Virus record (IMG/VR): IMGVR_UViG_3300037088_000559
Coordinates: 1,370-65,369 of that record
Origin: a virus
Lineage: Duplodnaviria > Caudoviricetes
Length of the DNA: 64,000 nucleotides
Strand: one strand, 5' to 3'
Shown here in pieces: positions 55,576 through 64,000 of the stretch (its first letter is position 1; the number at the start of each line of letters is the position of its first letter). The position numbers were made by a program, and so were the translations under genes. The notes beneath the pieces were generated by a model. That model was not told the DNA's origin. It saw nothing but the letters and a program-made list of their open reading frames with translations, and made no database searches.

Positions 55576-58080
55576 ATGACAACGTTAAAACGCTTGCTTA
55601 CGATCCTCGCATGGTTTGCGCTTGCGGTGCCGTTATTCGCCACGCAGATTACCCTCAACGCTAATCTCGCGGATATCACGGGTACGGCGGTGACTTCCAA
55701 GGCGTACATGACCTTCACGCTTCAGAACACCGTGACGCAGATCCCGGTGGTCACGGGAGGCGGGGCGGTTATAGTACCTGCCGGTCCTCAATATCCCGAT
55801 AACACGGGCCTCGTAAGCGTCTCGCTGACCGCCAACGACACGATCACGCCGATCGCGACGTATTATAGGATATGTGTCTTCCAGAATGGTTTACAGTATC
55901 GCTGCAACGATTATCTGATCTCGACCGTTCACGGGCTAACCCAAGTTCTATCGACGCTTACGCCGCTCAATCCTCCGCCCGCCCCCGCGCCGCCGCTCGC
56001 GACCGTACCCCCCAACGAGGGAGGCACGGGCGCAACATCAAATCCCCCGGTGCACGGTGTCGCTGTTGCCGAGGGTGCGTTGCCATTCAACTTTATACCG
56101 CCGACGGGTTTGAATCAGTGTTTTATCGGCAGCGCCGGGAGCGATCCGTTGTGGGGATCGTGTTCCGGGTTACCATCGTCCCCGCAGATTGGGAACGGCG
56201 TGACGATGCTGGACGCCGCATCGTTCGCGGGGGGTTCGTCCACGGGTGGGATACAGGAGGCGATTAACGCCGTAACATCACCGGGTGAGGTGTACGTTTC
56301 GGCGCTGGTTAACGCGACGGCTGCGATCACGATGAAAGCGGGTGTAAATGTCCGGTGTCTTGGGGATAACGTCGGCGTGACCTTCACGGGGGCGACGGAT
56401 GGGTTCGTTTGGCCCAGCACGGCGGGACAAGCGCGTTTATACGGGTGCCGGGTTATCGCCGGAAACGCCTCGAACGGCAAGGCGCTGGATATCGAGGACG
56501 CGATACTGGCGGCGGGGAACGTGGTGGTAGAAGACGTGCGGGTTACGTCCGACAACCCCCCGACGCACGTATGGGCTTACGGGACGTTCCTTGAGAACGC
56601 GCTTCTGGAGCGGTTTGTCCGGGTCTTTTTTGAATCGGCGACGGTTCATATCCATACCGAGGGGGTATCGAATAGCGTAGACTTCGATTCGATCAACCTT
56701 ACGTCGAATATCGCCGGAGTGACCTACGTGGATATCCAAGGAGGCGAACCTATAACCTTTTTGGGTGGGGAGATCGAGGGAAACGCGTCGGGTGAGCTGG
56801 TAAAGGTCACGCAGCCGGGGGCGGCGGCGACGTTGGTGCGCTTCATCGGAACGGCCTTCGAGAACGCCAACGCCGCGGGGATAGGGATACACGCGAACGG
56901 CGCGGAGGTTGACTGTACGAGTTGTCAGATTCATGCGGCGACGCAGTTAGGATTCGTGATCGGCGATGTGTCGGTGACGCACCATTGTAAGGTTGTTGGT
57001 GGAGGGATATCGTCGTGGACACTGGGGGCGAACGCTTCCGAGAACACGATCCAGGGGTACGATTACACAGGGTCAGATCCGGTGGATAGCAGCACGGGAT
57101 TCAACGTACTCCTCAATAATAACCGCGTCACGGATCTTGCCTTCTACCCTACGCAGTCTTTACTTGTGGGGCCGGGCGGGTTTAAGTTCGTACCGCAGTC
57201 CACGGCCTCGACCCCGGTTCAATTCTTGCAGGCGACTGGAAGCACCCACGACCTCACGCAATGGCTCGATTCCGGCAGCGTGGTGCAGGCGGGGGTTACC
57301 AACGCGCTTCAAATATACTCGAATGCCGGATTCACCGTGGGCGCCAATACGATCACCAACGGCGGAGGGAGCCTTACGTTCGCCAGTCTCCTCCCCATCT
57401 TCTCGCAGAATAACGCGAACGTAGGGACACTGATCCCTATCCATCGTTTCCTTGCTCCTAATGCGCCCCTAGCGACGGCGGGTTTAGGTCCGTATATCAA
57501 CATCGGAATCGCCAGCTCGACGGACAACTCCGGCGCGGTGGGGTTCGCGAATCTGGGCGTGGGCACTACCGCTAATTATATGTGGCTGGGGATATACGGG
57601 CGTACTCCCGCGCTTTCCATATTTGGCTCGGGTGTGGGTATCGGAACGGGAGCAACCGCCCCACCGGCCGGTGGGTTGGGGGTCTCGGGGAATATGCTGG
57701 CGGGCGGAATAGTGGATGGTTTAACCTTTGTAGGTGTTACGACGGGGCCGGCGATTACCTTGGGCGCGACGTATAAGTCCGAGGATGTGTTCAACCAAGA
57801 CCCCACGCCTGCGGAAGCGGTTACTTTTGCCTTGCCTCCTGCCGAGAAAGGGCGGAAGGAGTGCGTGGCAAATAGCGATGTAGCAGGTACGCCCGACACA
57901 GGTGTGCTTCGAGTTGACGCCGACGGCGCGGGTCAGTATATCCACTACAATGGCGCCCGGAGTTTAACGGGAGGATACATTATCTCGAACGGCGCTGCCG
58001 GAGATAAGGGTTGTTTTATAGCCACCAGCGCTACGGACTGGGAATTCTATCCGCAGCTCGGGACGTGGACACTGCACTAA
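55576..58080 (+). CDS. Tail fibre/spike with beta-helix and signal peptide
   Basis: Hydrophobic N-terminus ending LFA-TQ; fibre-like N-domain (SVSLTANDTITP..TYY); GGTGA; IQEAINA beta-helix start. Confidence 0.75.
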   Translation: MTTLKRLLTILAWFALAVPLFATQITLNANLADITGTAVTSKAYMTFTLQNTVTQIPVVTGGGAVIVPAGPQYPDNTGLVSVSLTANDTITPIATYYRICVFQNGLQYRCNDYLISTVHGLTQVLSTLTPLNPPPAPAPPLATVPPNEGGTGATSNPPVHGVAVAEGALPFNFIPPTGLNQCFIGSAGSDPLWGSCSGLPSSPQIGNGVTMLDAASFAGGSSTGGIQEAINAVTSPGEVYVSALVNATAAITMKAGVNVRCLGDNVGVTFTGATDGFVWPSTAGQARLYGCRVIAGNASNGKALDIEDAILAAGNVVVEDVRVTSDNPPTHVWAYGTFLENALLERFVRVFFESATVHIHTEGVSNSVDFDSINLTSNIAGVTYVDIQGGEPITFLGGEIEGNASGELVKVTQPGAAATLVRFIGTAFENANAAGIGIHANGAEVDCTSCQIHAATQLGFVIGDVSVTHHCKVVGGGISSWTLGANASENTIQGYDYTGSDPVDSSTGFNVLLNNNRVTDLAFYPTQSLLVGPGGFKFVPQSTASTPVQFLQATGSTHDLTQWLDSGSVVQAGVTNALQIYSNAGFTVGANTITNGGGSLTFASLLPIFSQNNANVGTLIPIHRFLAPNAPLATAGLGPYINIGIASSTDNSGAVGFANLGVGTTANYMWLGIYGRTPALSIFGSGVGIGTGATAPPAGGLGVSGNMLAGGIVDGLTFVGVTTGPAITLGATYKSEDVFNQDPTPAEAVTFALPPAEKGRKECVANSDVAGTPDTGVLRVDADGAGQYIHYNGARSLTGGYIISNGAAGDKGCFIATSATDWEFYPQLGTWTLH

Positions 58081-58141
58081 ACGGGTGACAACGCACTCAA
58101 TCCCTATGTTAAAATGTTACTGTATCGAAGCGAGGCTCACA

Positions 58142-61100
58142 ATGAACAAACGGCGTAATCGACTTATTGGCTTGGGAACGTTGGCGATCCTGCTCCTCGC
58201 TTCGTTGAGCTTCGGCCAGAACCTGCCCGTTGCAGGCAATCAAACCGATCGTATCCAACCCCACACGATCCCTCTACCAACGGGGCGTTTAGTAGGGACG
58301 GTTTACACGACAACGAACGCCGCCTCGGCGACCGATTGCACCGCGGGAGGCGGTTCAACGGTGCATATGTGCCTGTGGAACGGTGCGGCGTGGGTAACGG
58401 CGAGTGGGAGTGGCGGCGGCGTCGGGACGGTTACGAGCGTCGGTCTGGCGGGAACGCCGAGTCAAGTCACGGTCACAGGAGCGTCGCCCATTACCGGATC
58501 GGGAAGCTGGACGCTGAGCCTTCCGAGCACAATCAATGTGAACGCGCAGACGGCAACAGCGCTGGCGGCTGCCGGTACGGACTGTGGACCGAATCAATAT
58601 CAATACGGCTCGGATGCCAGCGGGAACGCTCTTTGCACAACTTTGCCTACACAAACAGGCTCTCAGTATATCGCCCCGCAGCCTGTCACCGGATGCGGAG
58701 TTGAATGGACAGGGCTGCTTACATTCACCGTGGGGGCCTGCACTTACACGATTGGAGGAGTTACACAGACCAGCGCGGTGACGGCCTTGACGCTCACCGC
58801 CGCGAATGGCAGCAATCCTAGAATCGAGCTTATCTACATCGATGGGGCCACAAACACCGTAACTTTCGATGCGGGAACTCCCGCGCCAAGTCCTGCCGTC
58901 CCGACTGAAGACCCCAGCACTACTCTGGAATTGACTTCGGTTTACGTGGACACCAGCGCCACGGTGCCCACCAACGCCACGAAGTACGACATCTATCACT
59001 CGGACAGCGCCGATTGGACGGCCACCACAGGGGGAACGAACAGCGCTCGCGTTAACACGAATTCAACCAGCAACCCTTACACGGGCGATCCAGTGGAAGT
59101 CCTGCACGACATTGAGTTCGGCACCAGCGGGGTCGTGAACAGTACCACCTACGCGCAATTGGCCTATTCCTCGGCAGTGGACATCAGCACGGTCAACAAT
59201 CTGGTTTTCTATATCCGAAACAAGGCCCTATGGGTCGCTACTCGTTCTATCACAATTCAGTGGCTCTCGACGGGCACCGCAAAGGGGCAAGCGGTCGTTC
59301 TGAGCAACGGAGCATTCGGCTTCAACGCCACAACTAACTTCACGACCTACCAGCAGATTTCTATTCCGACTTCGATATTTGGAATCGCGGGGGTTGCGGT
59401 CAATGACTTGCGCTTCACGGTGAGCGGCACGGGCACAGCACTGACCGGCTTTTACATTGACGATGTGACCCTGCAAGGTGGCAACACTGGCCTTCCCCTC
59501 CCCGCCACGCTGATGAATTTCAAGGGAACGTGGAATTCCACGGCATCTTATCAAGCGAACGATACAGTGGTGAGCGCTGGCATCGGATATGTAGCTTTGG
59601 TCCCCAACGTCAACGTTGCGGTCACGACAACGGCAACCTGGGCGGCGGTGGGCAAGGCTGGAACAGTTACTTCCGTCGCCGTGAGTTCGCCTCTCGGTGG
59701 TGGTCCAATTACAGGTTCAGGGACTTTAACTTGTGCCACTTGCGCAATCGGACCAGGAACCTCGACAGCTAATCACTTAGCAAAATTCTCTGGGGTTGAT
59801 GGTTTAACCTTGGCTGATGGTGGAATAATCCCTGCTGGCAACCTTACCGCTACCACGCCGACGGCGAACGGCGTGATGACAGGCGCGGGAACCCAAGCCC
59901 TCAATGTAACCGCTGCTGGGAAAACGGGACAGGTTTTTACCTCGACGAATGCCGCGCAACCGGCCTTCGCGTCACCCGGCATCGGTAAGGGCAACGGAGG
60001 GGCAGATGTTACCGGGGCTTCTTATCTCCTTAAGTGTGACAGTAGCACGGCGATTCTTGACCGTGGAACCGAGGTGGTATTCGCCTCGGGTGCAAGTACG
60101 CCGGTTGTGCCTGATCCTACCGACACAGGTTGCGGCGCGAGCTACGCCGTCAAGGTTCTGGACAAAAATGCGGGTTCCCTTGTCTTCGGACGTGAGACGA
60201 GCGCTACGACGTTTGATGTGTACGGTGGAGCATCTACACTGCTCGCGCAAACATCTTTTACTTTGACCAATAGCCAGTCGGCTGTCGTGGCTGCCGACAG
60301 CACGACCCATTACATCGTGACGGTTACGGGCGGAGCCAGCGGCCTCAGTAGCGTCGGCCTCACCACGCCCACTGACATCCTCACCACGACGGGCTCGCCA
60401 TTGACCAGCAACGGCACGCTGGCGGTGACAAAGGCCATCCAATCACCTAACACTTTTTGGCGTGGCGGCACTTCGGCTTCAACTGGTAATATTGTTCAAT
60501 CCAATACGGGATTTGCAAACGCCCCCAGTACATTGACGGTTAGTTTCAATAATCCCAATACAGCAGGGGACCTTTTGATTGTTGCGTCTGCCGCAGATGC
60601 TTATTCGCAGACAATTTCAAGTACCAACGAAGGAAGCTCCTGGACGGCCCTACCTCAGCAAGTAGCCGGGTTTAGTTTAATGGTTTGGTATACCTGCAAC
60701 GCTGTAGGGGGGGCCAATTCTGTCACTGTTTCTGGACTCGGCGGGAATGCTACCGCTATTGCTATTGCTGAAATATCCGGGAATCCCACGTCAGCCTGTC
60801 TTGACCTAAGTGTTAAAGATGGCGGATACCCGCGTTCTACTTTAAGCGTCACAACCGCTGGTACTGCAGGACAAGCAACGGAGCAAGTAATTGCCTTCGG
60901 GAGTACCGCCAATGGCTTTTATTCTGGAGGATTTCTCGCCTCACCCCCGCCTCTGTCTCCCGGACCTGGATATCTACTGGTAAACAGTGCCTTAGACATG
61001 AGCGACAATCCCGGCTTATATTTGCCTGTCTATACTCTTTCGACGAATACCGGATTGAGTGGGACTCAAACAGCAGCGATAACCTGGAATCCGGCTTCCA

Positions 61101-61576
61101 CAGGACATCTGGATAATACACAATCAGGTTTGTCGCTTTACCTTCTAACTTTCAAATTAAATACGTCTAACAGTAGTATTCCTCCAGTTTTCGGCCCTCT
61201 TGTTGCTGCGGATATGCCCGCGCATACTCCGATAGCTGCTTTTGTGTCTACTTCTACGGCACAAACAACAGCCTTGACAGCATCATCAATGACGACAGTG
61301 GGTTCTGTGGCAGCCCTCTATGAATTCAAGGGTGAAATCAACTGCACCACGTCAAACGCCACGGCGACTGCAATTCTCACGGTCGGCTATACCGATACCT
61401 CAAACACAGCGCAAACCCCATCGGTAACAGCGGCATGTACAACGCTTGGCACGCTTTCCGTGGGAAATCTTGACCTGCTTATTCGGGCGAAAACGAATAC
61501 GACAATCACTTACGGCGTGGCCGTCGCAAACTCGCCCACTTACGATGTTGATGTTAGACTAGAACAATTACCTTAA
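58142..61576 (+). CDS. Modular tail fibre/adhesin with signal peptide
   Basis: Ends SFG-QN; GTVTSV repeats; FKGTWNSTASYQAND module; AGDLLIV domain. Confidence 0.75.
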   Translation: MNKRRNRLIGLGTLAILLLASLSFGQNLPVAGNQTDRIQPHTIPLPTGRLVGTVYTTTNAASATDCTAGGGSTVHMCLWNGAAWVTASGSGGGVGTVTSVGLAGTPSQVTVTGASPITGSGSWTLSLPSTINVNAQTATALAAAGTDCGPNQYQYGSDASGNALCTTLPTQTGSQYIAPQPVTGCGVEWTGLLTFTVGACTYTIGGVTQTSAVTALTLTAANGSNPRIELIYIDGATNTVTFDAGTPAPSPAVPTEDPSTTLELTSVYVDTSATVPTNATKYDIYHSDSADWTATTGGTNSARVNTNSTSNPYTGDPVEVLHDIEFGTSGVVNSTTYAQLAYSSAVDISTVNNLVFYIRNKALWVATRSITIQWLSTGTAKGQAVVLSNGAFGFNATTNFTTYQQISIPTSIFGIAGVAVNDLRFTVSGTGTALTGFYIDDVTLQGGNTGLPLPATLMNFKGTWNSTASYQANDTVVSAGIGYVALVPNVNVAVTTTATWAAVGKAGTVTSVAVSSPLGGGPITGSGTLTCATCAIGPGTSTANHLAKFSGVDGLTLADGGIIPAGNLTATTPTANGVMTGAGTQALNVTAAGKTGQVFTSTNAAQPAFASPGIGKGNGGADVTGASYLLKCDSSTAILDRGTEVVFASGASTPVVPDPTDTGCGASYAVKVLDKNAGSLVFGRETSATTFDVYGGASTLLAQTSFTLTNSQSAVVAADSTTHYIVTVTGGASGLSSVGLTTPTDILTTTGSPLTSNGTLAVTKAIQSPNTFWRGGTSASTGNIVQSNTGFANAPSTLTVSFNNPNTAGDLLIVASAADAYSQTISSTNEGSSWTALPQQVAGFSLMVWYTCNAVGGANSVTVSGLGGNATAIAIAEISGNPTSACLDLSVKDGGYPRSTLSVTTAGTAGQATEQVIAFGSTANGFYSGGFLASPPPLSPGPGYLLVNSALDMSDNPGLYLPVYTLSTNTGLSGTQTAAITWNPASTGHLDNTQSGLSLYLLTFKLNTSNSSIPPVFGPLVAADMPAHTPIAAFVSTSTAQTTALTASSMTTVGSVAALYEFKGEINCTTSNATATAILTVGYTDTSNTAQTPSVTAACTTLGTLSVGNLDLLIRAKTNTTITYGVAVANSPTYDVDVRLEQLP

Positions 61577-61587
61577 GGAGAATTCAT

Positions 61588-61917
61588 ATGTCAGCAATCA
61601 CAGTCAACAAACTCGTTAACGATCAGCTTCTCATCAGCGACCTTATTGTGTTGGACAAAGATGGGAAGTCTGCGCAGGATGTCACAACCAAACTGAATAT
61701 CGTTTCTGGACCTGCTGGAGGGCTTGGCCCGCTCATTATGACAATGAGCGGATTAGTTTCCGTCTGCACCGTTGCGGGGGCATATCAAATTACGCTGACA
61801 TCGACCAATTCCGCAGGCTCGATCACCTCGGACGCGGCGGGAGATACTGATGGGACGGTTGATGCAATCATTGTGGTTATTCCTGCTCCAGCTTCTCAGA
61901 CCTTCAAACTCTCGTAA
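61588..61917 (+). CDS. Small beta-rich (Ig-like?) protein
   Basis: AAGGAG RBS. Confidence 0.55.
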   Translation: MSAITVNKLVNDQLLISDLIVLDKDGKSAQDVTTKLNIVSGPAGGLGPLIMTMSGLVSVCTVAGAYQITLTSTNSAGSITSDAAGDTDGTVDAIIVVIPAPASQTFKLS

Positions 61918-61969
61918 GGTCAAGGCGCCAAAGAAGCAAAGCTGGCGGTACTCATAGGAGAGGTCTACT

Positions 61970-63436
61970 TTGAAGCGAACGATTCTCATTCTGGCGATGC
62001 TCTTGTGGGCGGGGACGCTGCACGCAACCCAATACTTTATCGACTTCGCCACGGGTGCCGACACCAACAACGGCACCGCGAAGGGTACGCCGTGGAAGCG
62101 CGCGCCGGGGATGACAGGCTGCGCTAACAACTGCGCCACCTATTCGCATTCGGCGGGCGACCAGTTCATCTTCAAGGGCGGGGTGACGTGGGATTCGACC
62201 ATCGCGCAGTGGGCCATCTCGAACAGCGGGACCAACGGCAATAATGACTACTATGGGGTGGACAAAACGTGGTACGCAGGCGGCTCTTGGGTGCAACCTA
62301 TCTTCGATGGAGGAAGCAAGAACCCTCCCGATGTGCAATATGGGTACTTTTTCATTGAAGGAAACTACATAACCCTCGACAACCTCAAGCTCCAGAACAT
62401 CGGGACGGCAGGGGTGAGCCCCGGAAATTACGCTGTCTGGATTGAAAATCATCATGACATCCTTATCGAGAATATGAGTTTTGCCACGGAAAGCTGGCTC
62501 AGCATTTATCTCAGCCAGCAGAACTCGGGAACTATCTCCAACTTTGAATTCAAGAACAACGACTTTACGAAATGCTCCATGGGGGTCGCCGGGGCTGTGA
62601 CTGTAACAGGAGCGGTCATCAGCAACCTTCTCATCCATGATAATTGGTTTCACGATTTCCACGACCAGCTTGCCAGTAGCCAGCATGGAAACGGCGTCTA
62701 TCTGTGGTCTTCGTCAGGCACCGATGCGACTGAGTATTTCGATCAGGTGAGCATCTATAACAATTCGTTCTATGGGGATTTCTCGTCTTACACTCCAGGA
62801 GACAGTGCGTCACACATGAGTTCCTTCATCTGGCCCGGAGCGACGGCGGCTGGCACGGCCTACGTTTACAACAATCATATTACCTACTCTGCAGCGAATA
62901 ACATCGGAGGCGCATTCCTGGCAGGTGGGACTTTCAGCGGCTTCACTCCCACCGGCAGTGTCTATCTGTACAACAATTCGATGATTCTTGACGCGAACAC
63001 AAACTACTTTCTCTATTCCAACGGGGTCGGAACGCTCACCGTCGAGAACAATGCCATCGTGGGGAGCAGCACCTATGCCTATACGGTGGGGGCCACGGTT
63101 CCGGTGACCACGTTCATCAGTGATTACAACGACTTCTACAACTGGACGGGTGGGTCAAGCTTCGCTGTTGTCGGCGCGAGTAATTATACCTACACGCAGT
63201 TCAAGGCAATCCCGCAAGAGGCGCATGGCCTCAATACCTCGCCACTTTTCGTGTCATCGACCGACTTGCACTTGCAGGCGGGTTCGCCGCTCATCGGCCA
63301 AGGGGTAAATCTCTCGGCAGTGTTTACAACCGACGCAGCCGGGGCAGTCCGCACGGTGCCTTGGGACATGGGAGCCTATATCCCTGGCGTTACGCCACCT
63401 CAAGCGCCGCTGATGATTAACCTGTTGAATCAGTAG
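61970..63436 (+). CDS. Secreted-type right-handed beta-helix (pectin lyase-like) protein
   Basis: Signal ending TLHA-TQYFID; G.DTNNG..TPWK; IYNN/VYNN repeats; DLHLQAGSP...WDMGAY end. Confidence 0.8.
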   Translation: MKRTILILAMLLWAGTLHATQYFIDFATGADTNNGTAKGTPWKRAPGMTGCANNCATYSHSAGDQFIFKGGVTWDSTIAQWAISNSGTNGNNDYYGVDKTWYAGGSWVQPIFDGGSKNPPDVQYGYFFIEGNYITLDNLKLQNIGTAGVSPGNYAVWIENHHDILIENMSFATESWLSIYLSQQNSGTISNFEFKNNDFTKCSMGVAGAVTVTGAVISNLLIHDNWFHDFHDQLASSQHGNGVYLWSSSGTDATEYFDQVSIYNNSFYGDFSSYTPGDSASHMSSFIWPGATAAGTAYVYNNHITYSAANNIGGAFLAGGTFSGFTPTGSVYLYNNSMILDANTNYFLYSNGVGTLTVENNAIVGSSTYAYTVGATVPVTTFISDYNDFYNWTGGSSFAVVGASNYTYTQFKAIPQEAHGLNTSPLFVSSTDLHLQAGSPLIGQGVNLSAVFTTDAAGAVRTVPWDMGAYIPGVTPPQAPLMINLLNQ

Positions 63437-63452
63437 TTTCAAGGAGGGCAAC

Positions 63453-63623
63453 TTGCCCACAGAGGACGGTGAGGCCATTGACATCACAACACCTCCGGGC
63501 AAAAACGAAGGTCCTGGCTTTGGCACTGGCGTTAAGTTGCTATGGTGCAGCCCGACCGGGATTTGCCCAGATTGTCCCGCGCAGGGGCGTGGTACTGCAC
63601 GCGGGATAGAGAAATCCACGTGA
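63453..63623 (+). CDS. Possible small Cys-containing protein
   Basis: AAGGAGG then TTG; 56 aa. Confidence 0.3.
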   Translation: MPTEDGEAIDITTPPGKNEGPGFGTGVKLLWCSPTGICPDCPAQGRGTARGIEKST

Positions 63624-63637
63624 TAAATGGAGGCACG

Positions 63638-64000
63638 ATGAAGAATCTAGCTCTGTTGATTGGGCTTATCATATCGAGCGTGGTCTGGACCTGCGCTCAG
63701 ACTCCGCATGGTGTCCTGGTGACGTGGACGAATCCCTCCATTCCGACTGGGGGCGCAGCGCTTGCGGGGCTCAACCTTTTCCGAGCGGTGCAGACGGCTG
63801 GCGTCTGTGGCACCTTCACGCAGTTGAACGCGAACCCAATTCCTGGGAGTTCATATCTTGACCCGGCGGCGGGACTGTCACTCACAACCAGCTACTGCTA
63901 TTCCGCCACCGAGCAGGATATCAATGGGAACATGGGGGCACCAGGAACAGGAACCATTACAACCCCGGTGGCATGGCCCGTCAACCCCGGAGCCTCGGCG
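63638..64000 (+). CDS. 3'-truncated FN3-like protein with signal peptide
   Basis: MKNLALLIGLIISSVVWTCA-QTPHGVLVTW...NLFR...YLD...YCYSAT; GGAGG RBS; open to the window end. Confidence 0.7.
   Translation, partial: MKNLALLIGLIISSVVWTCAQTPHGVLVTWTNPSIPTGGAALAGLNLFRAVQTAGVCGTFTQLNANPIPGSSYLDPAAGLSLTTSYCYSATEQDINGNMGAPGTGTITTPVAWPVNPGASA

Overview
The window is most of a dsDNA tailed-phage genome with podovirus-like organisation, cut mid-gene at both ends. Rightward 1-7.1 kb: ejection/internal virion proteins. Leftward 7.2-26 kb: small membrane genes, then DNA metabolism (family-A polymerase, UDG-like protein, DHH phosphoesterase, Pif1/RecD helicase, three methyltransferase-like genes, Sak4-like ATPase, PD-(D/E)XK nuclease). 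At 26-27.7 kb: an HTH gene, an AAA_25 helicase and an iteron-rich putative origin. Leftward 27.7-34.9 kb: small early genes. Rightward 35.2-64 kb: Mom-like gene, terminases, portal, scaffold, capsid, adaptor, nozzle and fibre/spike genes. I found no integrase, primase, endolysin, tRNA, CRISPR array or reverse transcriptase. The host is unknown; a diderm bacterium, possibly Acidobacteria-like, is only an inference. Most notable observations: (1) five Cys-rich virion/tail-type proteins start with Sec-like signal peptides; (2) an F-x-F-P-S-R motif is shared by unrelated small head-region proteins; (3) the Cas4/AddB-like nuclease is circularly permuted; (4) a 42-bp inverted templated insertion is flanked by a 13-bp duplication; (5) a 233-bp IS1595-like mini-element has an 8-bp target duplication and a passenger gene; (6) five sigma54-type promoters precede early genes; (7) Ala-rich NNC-codon tracts vary between identical flanks. 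All calls come from reading motifs and synteny by eye; no database searches were run.
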